64,000 bases of DNA from Ascoidea asiatica JCM 7603 (GCA_001600695.1 BCKQ01000017.1:237295-301294); one strand, 5' to 3'. Positions 33,901 to 45,985 are shown, counted from the stretch's first letter. The notes: a model not told the origin generated them from the sequence alone. Translations and numbers: made by a program.

Positions 33901-36179
33901 GCCATTCGCTCTTCGTTGGCGATCTTGGCTTTGTAAAGTTTATGGAAAGTTTCAACACAAGCAGATACATGCTTCTTCAAAATATTCGATTCAACTTCTG
34001 CTTGATGAATGTAAGAAGCACCACTTGAAATTTCATCAGACTCTGATTTTTTTGTTTCTTTATTACTAGTTGATTTCTCAGTAATATCAACCTCGGCATC
34101 ATTTTCAACATCTGAAGATTCAGCGGATTCCAATTCGTCGTGTAGCTGTTGTACCTCTTGGATGAGTTTTTCTTTGTCTTGAGTTTCATTTTCAGAAATT
34201 TCGCTCTTTGATTCTTCGGGCTCCTCTTCTTTTACAGATTCACTTAAATACAAGTTACCATTAACACCAATTTGGGCAATACATCTGGCAATTCTTCTTA
34301 ATCTCTTTTGAAGACCAACATCCATACCATAATTTTTCAATGTTGCTCTTAATAATCTAGCAGAAAGATGAATTAATATGCATAATCGACTGATAATATT
34401 GAAATAATTTAAAAAATTGTTTTTTTCTACTTTTCTTAAAGATAAAATAGTTAAATTAACAAAAAACATAATGGTTTTCTCTAATCCTTTCCATGTGGTT
34501 ATATCGGAAGGATTATCATAAAATAAGCCAGGTAATATTAACAAGGATTTTGAATTTAAAAAGGAGGAATTTGAGGAAAATACTGAAGATTTTGATTTCG
34601 AACGAATTCTTTGATTTGGTGGACGACCAAAAATATTGATCTCATGAGAATTGGATAGTTCAGAATAATCTAATTTTAATGGTTCATTAAATTTTATGGT
34701 TGGTTTTGAATTTGAGTCTGAAGAATTGAACGGAAATTTAAAATATGGTATTTTATTACAATACACTTTTAAATCAGGATTATAATAAATTAGCCTACTT
34801 GTTTTAGGATTCAACCTTGGAATCCACATTAAAGGTTTTTCTAAATTGATTGAATTAATATTTTCTTTTATTATATTTAAAATTTCACTTGCTGATAGTA
34901 TTTGATTTTCTTTAGATTTAAATTCAAATTTATTTGAATTTGATTTTTGTTTGGATAATAAATTTTCATTGGATTTTTTATTGTTTAAAGATAAAGAAGA
35001 TTGCTGTTTCAACTTAGACAATTCTTCAGCGGTACTATTACTTCTATTTCTAGAACGAATTGATGAAGACATATGTTTTAAAGCAGAAGGAGATAATTCT
35101 TGTTGTTGTGATTGTTTATTTATCAAATCGTTGGATGGGTTGTTAGTAACTAAAGTGGAATTTATAGTAGATGGATTATTTAATACATTGATTGATCTTG
35201 TATAGGAAGAAGGAAACCAACCTCTAGGAGCAACAGAAGGAAGCTGTACTGGATTTTCAAATATAATACCATTCCACCAACCTGAGGCAGCTTTATCCAA
35301 AACGTATATGATCTCTCCTTGTTTTAAAGTTAAAATATGTTGTTGAGTTGATAAGTAGTCAAAAGAAACTTCAACTATATCAATTGGTTTATTTTGTAAT
35401 TTTTTAATATTATTTATGATTTGTTCATAATCTAAGGTATTGAAATTTTTATTTGCATTTGCAATATTATTTGGTAATGGATTATTGCTTATATTATGAT
35501 TATTAGAAATATTAGTATTGCTATTATTATTATTGCTATTGTTATTGATGCTATTACTATTGTTATTGTTATTGTTATTACTATTGTTATTCGATGATAG
35601 AGGCATATTGTTATTGTTAATATTCGATGTTGAAGTTGTATTGATTGGACTTGAATTATTAGATTTATTTAATTTTTTTATATCAATTAAGTTTGTAGTA
35701 ATTGTAGGTTGAGAACCAGTTAAAACAGGGTTTGAAACTTGTGGAAAAGTACCTGAAGCTGAATTAGAAGTTGTATTAGATAACTTGGTTACTACTAAAG
35801 TTGTACTAGAATTAGTAGCTGAATTTAAATTTGATGGAGAAGTTACTGATGGAGGTACAATTTTTGTAGAAGAAATAGAAGAAGAAGTACTACTGGCTTT
35901 AGAATTAGTATTTGAACTTGATTTATTTGAAGAAAACGAAGAGGAAAATAAACTTGAAGATTTATTCAATTTGGAATTAATTTTTGATTTTGTTGAAATA
36001 GATTGATCTTCATTTGATTTTGCTGAATTAGTAGAAGAAGTACTAGAACCTGCAGAATTATTATTTGAAGTAAGATTTAAAGATGGAGGTTTAATTTTTG
36101 TTTGAGAAGATGATGAAGAGGAAGAAGGATTTGAAGATTTACTTGATTTATGCCTTGAGGAAATGAACATTGGAGCCAT
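30957..36179 (-). CDS. CDC25: Ras guanine-nucleotide exchange factor Cdc25/Sdc25 (SH3, RasGEF_N, RasGEF)
   Basis: SH3 (LTLKQGEIIYVLDKAASGWWNG...RGWFPSSY), IKGGTKAALVAHLT..FLLTYRSM, EFARQITL, NNFSAMTAIFSAL, PCIPFFGVYLTEL. Confidence 0.92.
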   Translation of the reverse strand: MAPMFISSRHKSSKSSNPSSSSSSSQTKIKPPSLNLTSNNNSAGSSTSSTNSAKSNEDQSISTKSKINSKLNKSSSLFSSSFSSNKSSSNTNSKASSTSSSISSTKIVPPSVTSPSNLNSATNSSTTLVVTKLSNTTSNSASGTFPQVSNPVLTGSQPTITTNLIDIKKLNKSNNSSPINTTSTSNINNNNMPLSSNNNSNNNNNNNSNSINNNSNNNNSNTNISNNHNISNNPLPNNIANANKNFNTLDYEQIINNIKKLQNKPIDIVEVSFDYLSTQQHILTLKQGEIIYVLDKAASGWWNGIIFENPVQLPSVAPRGWFPSSYTRSINVLNNPSTINSTLVTNNPSNDLINKQSQQQELSPSALKHMSSSIRSRNRSNSTAEELSKLKQQSSLSLNNKKSNENLLSKQKSNSNKFEFKSKENQILSASEILNIIKENINSINLEKPLMWIPRLNPKTSRLIYYNPDLKVYCNKIPYFKFPFNSSDSNSKPTIKFNEPLKLDYSELSNSHEINIFGRPPNQRIRSKSKSSVFSSNSSFLNSKSLLILPGLFYDNPSDITTWKGLEKTIMFFVNLTILSLRKVEKNNFLNYFNIISRLCILIHLSARLLRATLKNYGMDVGLQKRLRRIARCIAQIGVNGNLYLSESVKEEEPEESKSEISENETQDKEKLIQEVQQLHDELESAESSDVENDAEVDITEKSTSNKETKKSESDEISSGASYIHQAEVESNILKKHVSACVETFHKLYKAKIANEERMANKPKSTEPENINEDDFKLPQVYPRFLTGFFTAGSWKNPFFPDPENPFKSSELNASEITENGMKNTGSNQSDGRLMRTLSNRSEASYVSQKLGQNKSLRAKLVLNKETLNLLISRTKNLLDILDTIMVVMDSKNPNNEILENDYKTLEEINQYNLSILANVYKALVISTKVLDILELLDFSVFNRHSDRNVDEEEEGAHANKDGVVAYAYPVLIEFFEMKQDLHNSITCLIMCAQEITVEDPEVFKSIKQDSINTPFADVNKFGTSQIDKLAMNLKKSLIIEDVEIDESQYIDSYHETKSTVEKIKNNLNVVNYIVGQLVEERETILNYASRVMDISNLNMEMMKNDRSESNGSILHNAESYEQISTGYSKSHLNSVSHIKSPAKDVPWYLDADEEYDLIYDAKGQIKGGTKAALVAHLTHHDHLDTNFNNIFLLTYRSMMTPTELVSLLIERFNNQAPEGLTFEEYDVWVKRKSYPIKLRSVNLMKMLLQKFWISTYYDKELFEKWSSFVNYLLQQEFPTSKTIKNLLEQRYSDYSQFLKERMKRRHRHSDSHHEKHSAAIDENDSDGEDYEITEESLVGISDITGTIGGAGILNQDDLTPIMPRSLKRIKLLDIDFVEFARQITLRDFMLYAKITQLQCLDRAWGHKYGSLGGSKSISSFISSSNRLTYFVSFMILRKADIRKRVNIIRYFVAVAEKCRQFNNFSAMTAIFSALTSSPIHRLKKTWAQVSEGTLASLDNIRRLMDPQRNFSEYRDVLRNLSGSTPCIPFFGVYLTELTFIIDGNSDFLHDDQNVINYSKRVKTVDVIKNVIKYQSVYYPFQEITEIQHFFDNWFEECPSIDAQYELSMRLEPRESAQTQLSNYAKSMMNEMASTGSSGSSVILGSGASIIGANNSGVTSGDTNSMGTPLTTLPSHQVSSIDSTSEMKLNNGFEMQSIKSSVNSTVDTEVGSISVDSQSILDRKKNEEASPNQYFENDAQ

Positions 36180-39100
36180 AATATTTATAACTCAATATAA
36201 AATTTGAGCAAAACAAAAAAAGAGTAGTAATAAATTATAATGCTAATTGATAAATTATTCAGACTAATTATAATTTATTATAATCTAATTCAATTAAATT
36301 GAATTGAATACTTTTCTATTTTAACTGATATAAGAATTAAAATGAAAAGATTAACAAAAATTAATATGTTGATAATTGTATTAAAATAATTATGAGTATG
36401 ATTAATTGAAAAATAAAGTCTATTGTTTGTATGGAATACGCCTTTAGTAATGAGATTGTAATGTAGAATGTAATGAAAATGTATTGTAAATGTATTGTAT
36501 TGTTATTTGTTAGGTTTATGTGTGTAGGCAAAAGGTGTCGTTGAAAGGCAGCAAAAATGCAAGAAACTGATGAAGTGTTTAAAATTGAAGAAAACAACCC
36601 CCCAAATTAGAAAAAGGACAACGATAAATGAACAATAAAGGATAAAAGTAGAAATAAAAAGAACTAGTCTAAGAAATGAAAAATAATTGATTATAGCAAT
36701 TGAATTATTACAGTAAATAGTAGTAAATTGATTGATTTGATGAATTAATATAGTGTTGAAATATATTTTACTTTATTTTATGGTAGTGTAGGTAACTTTA
36801 CTATTTGTAGAACTGAAAAACTGAAGAACTGTAGAATATAAGCAGACTAACTTTTTTTTGATTTTTCAATTGCTTTATTTTTTTTAACTACTTTTTTAAT
36901 TATTTAATTGATTCTTATTGGAATTGAATTGATGAAAAAATCTTAATATTAAATATGTTAAGATAAATATTTTACTTTTTTAGAAGTCTAATGGTGGTAA
37001 ATATCTTTAATTTAATATTTTGAAAATTTGAATAAAATTTGAAAAAAATAAATTAATAAAAAAAAACAGAAGTTTTCAAAAACAGTGGTGAAAATTTATT
37101 GATAAAGTAAACAAATCCGAGCAGACAAAAAAACAAGAATGAAAATATTAAATAATAAATAAAATAAAATAAATTTTAATAAATTGTTACTCAAACTTTT
37201 TAATTTTCATAATATTATAAAGGAATAAAGAAAGGATTGAAATTGGATAATTTTTTTCAAAAATATTTCAATTGAATTGAAGAAAAATGAAAAGAAAATG
37301 AGAGGGAAAAGATTTCAATGTTAAAAACTGGTAGGTTGTGTATCAAAATATGAAAATGAATAATATTAAAATGAATAGAAGATGAATATGAATATAAATA
37401 TGAATACAAATCTAAAGAAGGGTTGAAAAAAATAGTACGGTACTGTACGGTAGATTGGTGCTACTGCTGGTAGATTAATAAAATGTCGTGTTCGTGAATT
37501 AAATTAAGTTAATGATAGGGCCCAGTAGGCCAGTATGTTAAGCTAGAGTAATATGGTAAAAAAAAATATGGGATAATATTGAAACTGAAACTGAAACTGA
37601 TTGTTGTAGTTGTAATGAGAAGTACTTTTATTTAGTTTATTATTTATCTGCAGATGAATAATATGTTGCAACAGGAATTTATTTTTTATTTCATACTGGT
37701 AAAAGAATAAAGAGAGAAAAAAAAAAGAGAAGAAGAAGAGCAAAAAAAAGGTTGACAGTTTGAATTTGAATTTAAAAAAAAGTTGAATCAAAATTGAGTT
37801 ATTAAATAAGATGCCCAAGATATATTATATGCGAAAATTGTTTGGTTTATGTTTGATTTAACAAAGAAGTTGCAGAGATTTATTCAGGAATATGCAAAGG
37901 CAATAATTATTAATTGGTAATTATTGATTATCAGTTATTATTTATCAATTATTAATTATCAATTATTAATTATTAATTATTATCAATAAAGATTTTATAG
38001 AATCGTGTTGAAGTTGGTGAAGTTGGTGAAGTTGATAAAAATATTACAATTCTTGATCTTGAACTTGCTGCTCTTGAAGGATTGAAATAAATAATTTTGG
38101 TAAATAGATTTGAAGAGTAATAAAGTTTCCAGCTACTTTTTCAAAGAGAAAAACAGCGACGATTTCGAGCCACCTGCTTTTTGGCTGGAGTGGTAACTTT
38201 AGCAAGACGGTATTGGCACTGCCGTTCTGGCGACTATGGCGGTGGTTGTGATTGAACTTGTGAATGAACTTGCGAAGCTGTTGCCACGCACTGAGTTTTG
38301 AAGCCTGAGCTCTGAGCTCTGGCAAAGTCACAAACAACCTCCTGGGAGTTACAACCATCTGGACGGGTGATGCTCATCAGAAGAAGAACACTTCAATTGC
38401 AGTGTGTTTGTTGTGTAGATTATGGCGTACTTATGGAATGGCAGTGGGTTTTGTAATTCTACTGAGCAACGATTGCCAGCGTAGTAAGCCGGTATTCATA
38501 CCTCTGCCACTTGTAACTGAGGCCCCCAAAGGCTTGGGAGAACACAGAAATAGCACAAGAAGCAAAAGCACCACAAACACACTCACAGTCACAGTCACAA
38601 ACACAGACTCAAACCACACAATGAACACGAATACGAATACGAACACAAACACGAACTGAAGATTCTAGCCAGAATTCTCACCAGAATTTTCACAGGCTTT
38701 GCAACTGCCACTCCAGTACCTTGTAACTGGTAACTAGCAATAATTGTTCCAGTTCATAAGGTTTCAGGTTATCTTTTTTGGAAAACGCCTGAAGTGTCAT
38801 TTTTTCTCACTATTTTATCAGCCATGTGCAGTATGCGAAGTGAGCTCAGCGGAATCTGCAACCAGCCACGGGTCGATCCGCGGAATTTGATTGCGCAAGA
38901 AATACGTAGATTAAGACCATATTTGTGGATGCAATGCTTCTGATTCACATAACATTCAAACTAACAGATATAAGCAGCAACCCACATAGCAATTGAAGTT
39001 CATTAGCCACGTGAACGTTTGTGGCCATTTGTGTGGAACTCTCTGGAGATGTGGAGGTGAGGATTCAAAACCTTAATTTCCTGTCACACTCATCGCAGTT

Positions 39101-39894
39101 TTCACAGTCTTCCAGAAACCATAAAAAGCAAAAAAAGCAAAAAAAGCAAAAAAGAGAATAAAAAGAATTAAAAAAATAAACAAACTAAAGAAGCTAAATT
39201 TTTGTTGAGAGCAACTCAATGGAAATTGCAATATTAACTCTAATATTAATTTCATATTGATGTAAATATGAAATTGAAATGTGTATGATTGCTCAATGAA
39301 ATAGTTTCAGTGCTGGTAACTAATATTATCATAAGATATTCAAATATTAAAAGATCAAAAAATTAAAATATTTCCATTTTCCTTTCCAACTAATTTGGAG
39401 CAACTAACTTTTAATTCGATCACATCTTTTCTAATGAATAATCAATTATATCATTGCAACTACTAGTAGTATTTTCTCCAGTTCTTTAAAATCTTTAAAG
39501 TATCTAATTATTCAAATCTTTAGCCATTTAATTCAATACTTCAAATCTTCAAATCTTCAAATATTTAGATCTAATTTCAATTCTAGACATTTATGATTAT
39601 TTTTATATCTATTGAAAATACAATACTATATAAATAATCTAGTTGCTTATTTATTTTCTAATTCTCATTTATATATTTTTGAGCTAATTTACTTCAAATT
39701 AATATAAATTAATATTATCTTCCTCTATTTTTCTTCTCCCTTTACATTTTTCAATTATTATTCAATATTTAATATATATAATTTGGAATAATCTTGTATT
39801 TAATATCAAATATTAATTTATTCATCTATTTCTTCAATTATTCAATTATTCAATTATTAAGCCATACTGTAACCACATATAAAATTTATTAGTG

Positions 39895-42081
39895 ATGAAG
39901 ATCTTCAAAAATCTTTTTTTTATAATAACTGTTTCTCAATTATCATTAGCTTCTATTTTCAGTTCAAATAACAAGAATGATAATTCCCCATCTTTAAAAA
40001 ATGCTTATTCTTCTTGGGATTTAAATGAAATGAAAGATTTTTTAAACGATCGTCAAATCTCTTTTAATAGAAATTTAAATCCAACAGAAATTAAATCTTT
40101 GGTTGAAAAAGAATGGTTAAATTTATTAGATTCTAAAAACCCAAAAAAAAATTATTGGTATTCTCCAAATTTATTTTCTCAAAAATTCTTTTCCTCTTCA
40201 AATAAAGATGATATCAACGTCCATGATTCTGATAATGATAGTAATGATAATGATAATGATAATAAAAATTATAACTATAATTTAAATCCAAATGCTTATA
40301 ATTCTGATTTTACTAATTGGTATTTTAATTCTTGGTCAAAAAAAGATTTGTATAAATTCTTGCACAAAAATAATATTCCACTACCTGATTCAACAAGCTA
40401 CGCAAATATCTCAAAAGAAAATCTAATTAAAACTATTCAAGATAATTTCAATGAAATTGCAAAAAAGAATAATCATTCTGGCAGTTATCCTTCCGATTGG
40501 CTATTTAAGTATTGGTCTTTATCTTCCTTAAAAAGCTGGTTAAATCATCATGATATCAATTATAATAAACATTCAATTTCAAAAAATGATTTAATCAAAA
40601 AAATTCGTCAAAATATTTTTTTAGCTTCTTTAGATTTTCAAGATTCAACTGATAATCTATTCAAAGATTTACAATTATCAAAAGCTTCTTTATATGATAA
40701 GTCTGGTAATTTAAAATCTGATGTATTTGATTCTTGGACTAATTCTCAATTATATGGTTGGCTATATTCTCATAATTTATTCTCTTCTGATTTATCTGAT
40801 AATGAAGACTCTAAAGACAATGAAGATTCTAGTGAAGATGATGTTGATGATAAAACTATTGAAAATATTAAAAATAAATATTATTATAATAAGGATGAAT
40901 TATTAAAAATTGCAAATGAAAATAAAAATCAATTACAAAATGATATCAAATCTTGGACAGAAAAAATTTCAACAACTGTTTCTCCAATTTTATCAAAAGG
41001 AACTGATGCCTCAAAAAATTTAATCTCAGATACTTTCAAATTAAATATTGATGATTGGCAAAAAGATAGATTAAAAGCTTATTTAAAATCAAGAGATGTT
41101 TATTATCCAAATTTTGCAAGTAAAAATGAATTAGTTAAATTAGTTAAATCCAATAATTATAAACCAAGTAACTTATTTCCTTCTTGGCCTAATATGCCAG
41201 GCATGCCCAATATACCAAATAAACCAAATTTCCTAAAATCTGAAAAAGAATTAAAAGATGAAGAAACTATAAAGGATAAGTCTGGTAATGTTTTAAATTC
41301 GATTTATTCCTTTACTTCTGATGAATCAATCAAATCATGGTTTACTAAAAATAAATATAAAAAATTTAATGCAAAAAATCAAGAGATTAACTATGATTGG
41401 TTATTTCAAGGTTGGACAATTGAGTCTTTAAAATTATTTTTACAACAAAATGGAAGATCTATTGAAGGAACTCCAAATCAATTGATTATTAGAGCTTCTC
41501 AATTATATAAAGATTTAGTTTCAAGTGAAATGAGTGACAAAGCTAAAAATGTTGCAGATAAAGCTCTTGAGAGTGGCTCAAGTCTTTTCAATTTTGGTAA
41601 AAAAAAAGCTGAAGACCTCAAAAATGAAGCTAATAAACAATATCAAAAAAATGTTCAAACTGATAGCTCCTCTTCATTTTCTGATAGAATGAAAACAAAA
41701 TTTTTAGGCCAAACAGTTGAACCAACGTTTTTAGAAAAGGTTAAAAACACTATTTTTGGTTACTCTAACAGTAATAATAGTTTTAAACAAAATTTGAGTA
41801 ATTATTTCAATTTTAATTCATGGAGTGAAAATGAACTAATAACTTATTTGAAATCCTTCGGTGTTAAAATCCCAGCTACTACTAAAGATAAAATCAGTAA
41901 GGATAAACTAATTTTATTAGCAAGTGAAAATACCGATTATTATATGGGAACTGATTTATATAAACGCTATGATAATTCCATGTATGGTAAAATCAAAAGA
42001 ACTGGTAATAGTGTTTTTGAATCTATTTTATTACTTTTTTCAAACTCGATTAGTTATTTGGGATTTAGCCATAATGATTAG
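39895..42081 (+). CDS. MSC1: Ish1/Msc1-family stress-responsive nuclear envelope/ER protein
   Basis: Signal-peptide-like start and about seven to eight W-x4-L-x2-[WYF]-L Ish1 repeats (WSKKDLYKFL, WSLSSLKSWL, WTNSQLYGWL, WQKDRLKAYL, WSENELITYL); ATG at 39895 follows the tracked GTG. Confidence 0.8.
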   Translation: MKIFKNLFFIITVSQLSLASIFSSNNKNDNSPSLKNAYSSWDLNEMKDFLNDRQISFNRNLNPTEIKSLVEKEWLNLLDSKNPKKNYWYSPNLFSQKFFSSSNKDDINVHDSDNDSNDNDNDNKNYNYNLNPNAYNSDFTNWYFNSWSKKDLYKFLHKNNIPLPDSTSYANISKENLIKTIQDNFNEIAKKNNHSGSYPSDWLFKYWSLSSLKSWLNHHDINYNKHSISKNDLIKKIRQNIFLASLDFQDSTDNLFKDLQLSKASLYDKSGNLKSDVFDSWTNSQLYGWLYSHNLFSSDLSDNEDSKDNEDSSEDDVDDKTIENIKNKYYYNKDELLKIANENKNQLQNDIKSWTEKISTTVSPILSKGTDASKNLISDTFKLNIDDWQKDRLKAYLKSRDVYYPNFASKNELVKLVKSNNYKPSNLFPSWPNMPGMPNIPNKPNFLKSEKELKDEETIKDKSGNVLNSIYSFTSDESIKSWFTKNKYKKFNAKNQEINYDWLFQGWTIESLKLFLQQNGRSIEGTPNQLIIRASQLYKDLVSSEMSDKAKNVADKALESGSSLFNFGKKKAEDLKNEANKQYQKNVQTDSSSSFSDRMKTKFLGQTVEPTFLEKVKNTIFGYSNSNNSFKQNLSNYFNFNSWSENELITYLKSFGVKIPATTKDKISKDKLILLASENTDYYMGTDLYKRYDNSMYGKIKRTGNSVFESILLLFSNSISYLGFSHND

Positions 42082-42353
42082 GTAAGACTATATTGACGAT
42101 ATTTTATTATAAAGTATCAAACTCTATATCAATGCAATCTATCTAATTCATGTTTAAATCAAAAAAAAACTTAAAGTACGTACCGGATTTAATATAATAT
42201 ATAACAGCTTCCTTTATAGCACTCTCCTTATATTACTTTTAATATCAAAATTTTTTTATATTTTAGTTTAAGTATTCCAAAAAAATAAACAAGTGTATTT
42301 TTATGCCCAATTGAACTACGCTCATATATATTTAAAATTGAACAATATATGTT

Positions 42354-44804
42354 TTAAGCTCCAATGAGCTTGGCTGATAAAGCTTCCAAATCTTCTAACG
42401 TCTCTGGTTGCTCAAACTCTATTATTTCGTCCTCTACTGGGCTTTGCTCTTCACCTCCGATCTTGTTATTCTGGAACCATTTTGGTTTCTTAGAATTTCT
42501 ATCTTCTTCACTTCCACTATCACTAATGTTCTCATTAGAAGAGTAATCAGATTCTGGTGGACCAAGATAAACCACAGCTTCTTCCTTTTCGCTATCATTA
42601 CCAAAATCATCCTCATCTCTTTCTCTTTCCTTTCTTTTTCTTTTCTTAGCCAATCTTTTTTCCCTAGCTAATTCTTTATCATCAATATCTGCCTTTGCCA
42701 ATAATTCACTCTCCTTATTTACAAATTCTTTTTTTTGGGTTTTAGCATCACCTTTTTTGTGAAAGTCTTCTTCATTTTCTAACTCATATAGAGCATGAGC
42801 ATTTCCTTCGTCATCAAATTTCAATTTGGTTGGATTTCCTTTAGTATTCAACGAGGCCTTTTTACTCAATGCCTTTTTAGCAGCTCTTTTAGAAGATGGA
42901 AGGTCGGTATTTAATTCGTCATTATCTTCATTACCTTCTTCCATTTCATCAGAATCTTTTAACTGATGGTTAATTCTTTTGAGAGTTAAAAAATCATCAT
43001 CTTCATTTATATCATGATTATTGATTTTTTTATTTCCTTTAAATTCATTCTTCAAGTTACTTGTAGTTTCTTCTTTCTGTTCTGAATTTACTTTTAGATA
43101 ATGCTCACTTAAAACTGTCTGATTTTGTCTTTCAAACATTTTATCATATTTAGTTCTTACTTTTTTATTTTCCTCTACTATTTCTCCATCTTCATTAGTT
43201 TTAGATAATTTCATCAATTGTCTTGAAGAGTTTTTAATTTCTTTATTTCTCAATATATCTTCGTTTGTTAATTTTTTAAACTTGATATTTGGAGAGCCTG
43301 GCAAGCCTAAAGATTGAGCAAAACTTTCGGATGGTAGCTCTTCAAATTTAAAAACATCTTTATCCTTCTGAATATAAATCGATTTAAAATATGAAATAAA
43401 AGCCTTTTGAGCTAAATATTTCAATTCAGGAGTTTTGAATAATAATCCTTGTAATTCAAGTTGAATATCTTTTTGCCTACTAGGCTTTATAATTAATTTT
43501 TTCAAGTTTTTAACATTTTTTTCGTCTAACTTTTCGATAAATTTAATTTCTGACGGCAATAACATTAATAAAGATTTACCATTTTTTCCAAATCGAGCAG
43601 ATCTACCGACTCTATGAATATAAGTTGAAACATCTTCGGGGCAATCTAATTGAATAACCCATTGAATCGAAGGAAAATCTATACCTCTTGCAACAATATC
43701 TGTTGCGAAAAGACAAGCATTTGATGATTTAGAGAATTTAGAAGTTGTTTCCATTCTAGCAGTTTGTTTTTGTCTACCATGTAATTTCATTAATGGAATA
43801 CCTGGTTGTAATTTACAAAATGTTTCATAAACAAAATGAACTTGCTTTGAAGTTGAGAAAAAAACTAAAATTTTTGATTTTAAATGAGATTTTAAAAAAC
43901 TCCATAAGATATTTAATTTTTCATTAAGAGGTAATATTATGAAATTTTGTTCTAAAGATTCAGGTGTTGCAGATAATGTGAGGGATTGTTTATTTATTGA
44001 AGATATTATTTTTTCACCATTTTGATCCGAACTAGAAGGTTCTGAAATAATCCCAGAATCCATTGAATCTGTATCAATATGAGTTGGATTGATCAATGAA
44101 AGCCTAGCTAAATCCTTAATAGAATTTGTTTGAGTAGCCGAGAATAATAAAGTTTGTCTTGAAGCAGGTAAATGAGATAAAATATTATCGAGAACCGATT
44201 TGAAACCCATATCTAGAATTCTATCAGCTTCATCTAACACTAACATTTGTAAATTTGAAACATTTAAACCATAAGATTGATCCAAATGCTGTAATATTCT
44301 ACCAGGAGTTGCAATTAATATATTCATTTTACTTATTCTTTCTTTTTCAAATTTAAAATCTTTGCCACCAATAACTAAACCTGCTGAGAAATAATTATTA
44401 TATTTACCTATTTTTATTAAAACTTCATAAATTTGAACAGCTAATTCTCTTGTAGGGGTTAAAACTAATGCACCTAAACCATCAAATTCTGTCCATTTTT
44501 CTTTAAATAACTTTTCTATCAATGGTATTAAAAAACAAAGTGTTTTTCCAGAACCAGTTCTGGCAGAAGCTAAAATATCTTTACCATAAAGAGTTTCAGG
44601 TAATGATTTTTTTTGAATATCTGTTAATGATATGAAACCAGAATTGGTTAAACCTCTTAATAAATCATGAGATATATTTAATTCTTTAAATTGAGTTGGA
44701 TTAGGATTTATATTTTTCTCAACATCTTCATTTTTTTCAAGTGATTTTCTAGTATTATTTGTTCGCTTAACACCCTTTTTGTTTTTATTATGTTTCTTAG
44801 GCAT
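42354..44804 (-). CDS. HCA4: DEAD-box RNA helicase Dbp4/Hca4 (18S rRNA biogenesis)
   Basis: [39 protein letters not shown], plus Dbp4-type [20 protein letters not shown] and LEDLEAL. Confidence 0.96.
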   Translation of the reverse strand: MPKKHNKNKKGVKRTNNTRKSLEKNEDVEKNINPNPTQFKELNISHDLLRGLTNSGFISLTDIQKKSLPETLYGKDILASARTGSGKTLCFLIPLIEKLFKEKWTEFDGLGALVLTPTRELAVQIYEVLIKIGKYNNYFSAGLVIGGKDFKFEKERISKMNILIATPGRILQHLDQSYGLNVSNLQMLVLDEADRILDMGFKSVLDNILSHLPASRQTLLFSATQTNSIKDLARLSLINPTHIDTDSMDSGIISEPSSSDQNGEKIISSINKQSLTLSATPESLEQNFIILPLNEKLNILWSFLKSHLKSKILVFFSTSKQVHFVYETFCKLQPGIPLMKLHGRQKQTARMETTSKFSKSSNACLFATDIVARGIDFPSIQWVIQLDCPEDVSTYIHRVGRSARFGKNGKSLLMLLPSEIKFIEKLDEKNVKNLKKLIIKPSRQKDIQLELQGLLFKTPELKYLAQKAFISYFKSIYIQKDKDVFKFEELPSESFAQSLGLPGSPNIKFKKLTNEDILRNKEIKNSSRQLMKLSKTNEDGEIVEENKKVRTKYDKMFERQNQTVLSEHYLKVNSEQKEETTSNLKNEFKGNKKINNHDINEDDDFLTLKRINHQLKDSDEMEEGNEDNDELNTDLPSSKRAAKKALSKKASLNTKGNPTKLKFDDEGNAHALYELENEEDFHKKGDAKTQKKEFVNKESELLAKADIDDKELAREKRLAKKRKRKERERDEDDFGNDSEKEEAVVYLGPPESDYSSNENISDSGSEEDRNSKKPKWFQNNKIGGEEQSPVEDEIIEFEQPETLEDLEALSAKLIGA

Positions 44805-45214
44805 TACAATTTTTATTATTATTACTTTTCTTTTTTATTTCACCTTTTTTATAAGTATTCTGTATTTAATTTTAGTATTATTTTTCACAATTATTTCAAA
44901 TTTGAAAAATAGAAAAAAAATATTTTTTTTGATGGTTTTAAGAAAGAAAAATAAAAGATCTGGAACCATTGTGATGGATCCAAACTTTGTATAAATAATA
45001 AATGAAGTTAACATTTACCGCACAGCAGTGATTAACATTACTGTAACTAAATATATTACCGAAGTAATATTTCATTTGATAAATAATAAAGCTGTGAAGA
45101 AACAATTGATTTACAACGCAATTGAAGATTTGTTTGTAGAGAATATCAGAATATCAGAATATAAGAATATAAGAAATAAGGTAAAAAAAGAAAAGAAGGA
45201 AAGAAGAATTGAAT

Positions 45215-45985
45215 ATGGATGATTTTTATGCAATTTATGATTTGGGACAAATAAGAAATATATTTAAAATAAAACTTGGACTAATTATATCATCATATGT
45301 ATTACTTTTGATTAATATAATTGTAGGAATAATATTAACGATAACAGTCCCAAGAGAAATATTTAAAAGTTCGATTATTGGATTATTTGATTTACTACCA
45401 TTAGTTTATAGTTATAATGTAGAATTCAATCCAGAATTTGAAAGTGATCATTTTACACCAAGTTTAATGATTTTACCAAATTTAGTAATAATTTTATTAA
45501 ATTTTATAATTTTAATATTTGTTTCAAATTTTTTGAATGAAGGAATAAATAATAAAATTAAGTTTACAGATGATATTATAAAATATATTAAATTGTATGG
45601 ATTAACAAAAAATGCAATTAAAAATACAACAATAATTTTAATTGTATCATTATCACTTACAATTTTAACGTTTATTGGAATTTTAATTACTGATTATATA
45701 ACACTTAATGAGATTATAATCAATAATAAATTTAAAGAATTATTTAATAAAGGATGTCTTGTTAAAAGAAGACTTGGTAGAATTTCTATTAATTGTTGTT
45801 ATATTTATGAATGTGAAAATGCAGATAATAAAATTGGATTTAGAAATAATAATGATGAATTTAATAAAAAAGTTCATACAAATGATCTAAAAAGAAGAAT
45901 GGCATGTCAAATATTTTCAAAAGCTTCTTTAAAAGGAAATGGATTTTACAGTTGTTCAAATAATTATCCTCCAAGATATCAATGA
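45215..45985 (+). CDS. Orphan multi-pass membrane protein with Cys-rich tail and terminal PPxY
   Basis: 256-codon open frame in very AT-rich DNA; three clear hydrophobic segments; no family recognised. Confidence 0.65.
   Translation: MDDFYAIYDLGQIRNIFKIKLGLIISSYVLLLINIIVGIILTITVPREIFKSSIIGLFDLLPLVYSYNVEFNPEFESDHFTPSLMILPNLVIILLNFIILIFVSNFLNEGINNKIKFTDDIIKYIKLYGLTKNAIKNTTIILIVSLSLTILTFIGILITDYITLNEIIINNKFKELFNKGCLVKRRLGRISINCCYIYECENADNKIGFRNNNDEFNKKVHTNDLKRRMACQIFSKASLKGNGFYSCSNNYPPRYQ

Noticed and set aside
38044-38659. ORFs of 73-104 aa in the GC island
   Set aside because: Open frames arise from high GC and hexamer repeats; codon usage is unlike the real genes
44895-44940. RRPE/PAC elements upstream of HCA4
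   Set aside because: Only degenerate matches in very AT-rich DNA; no GATGAG core
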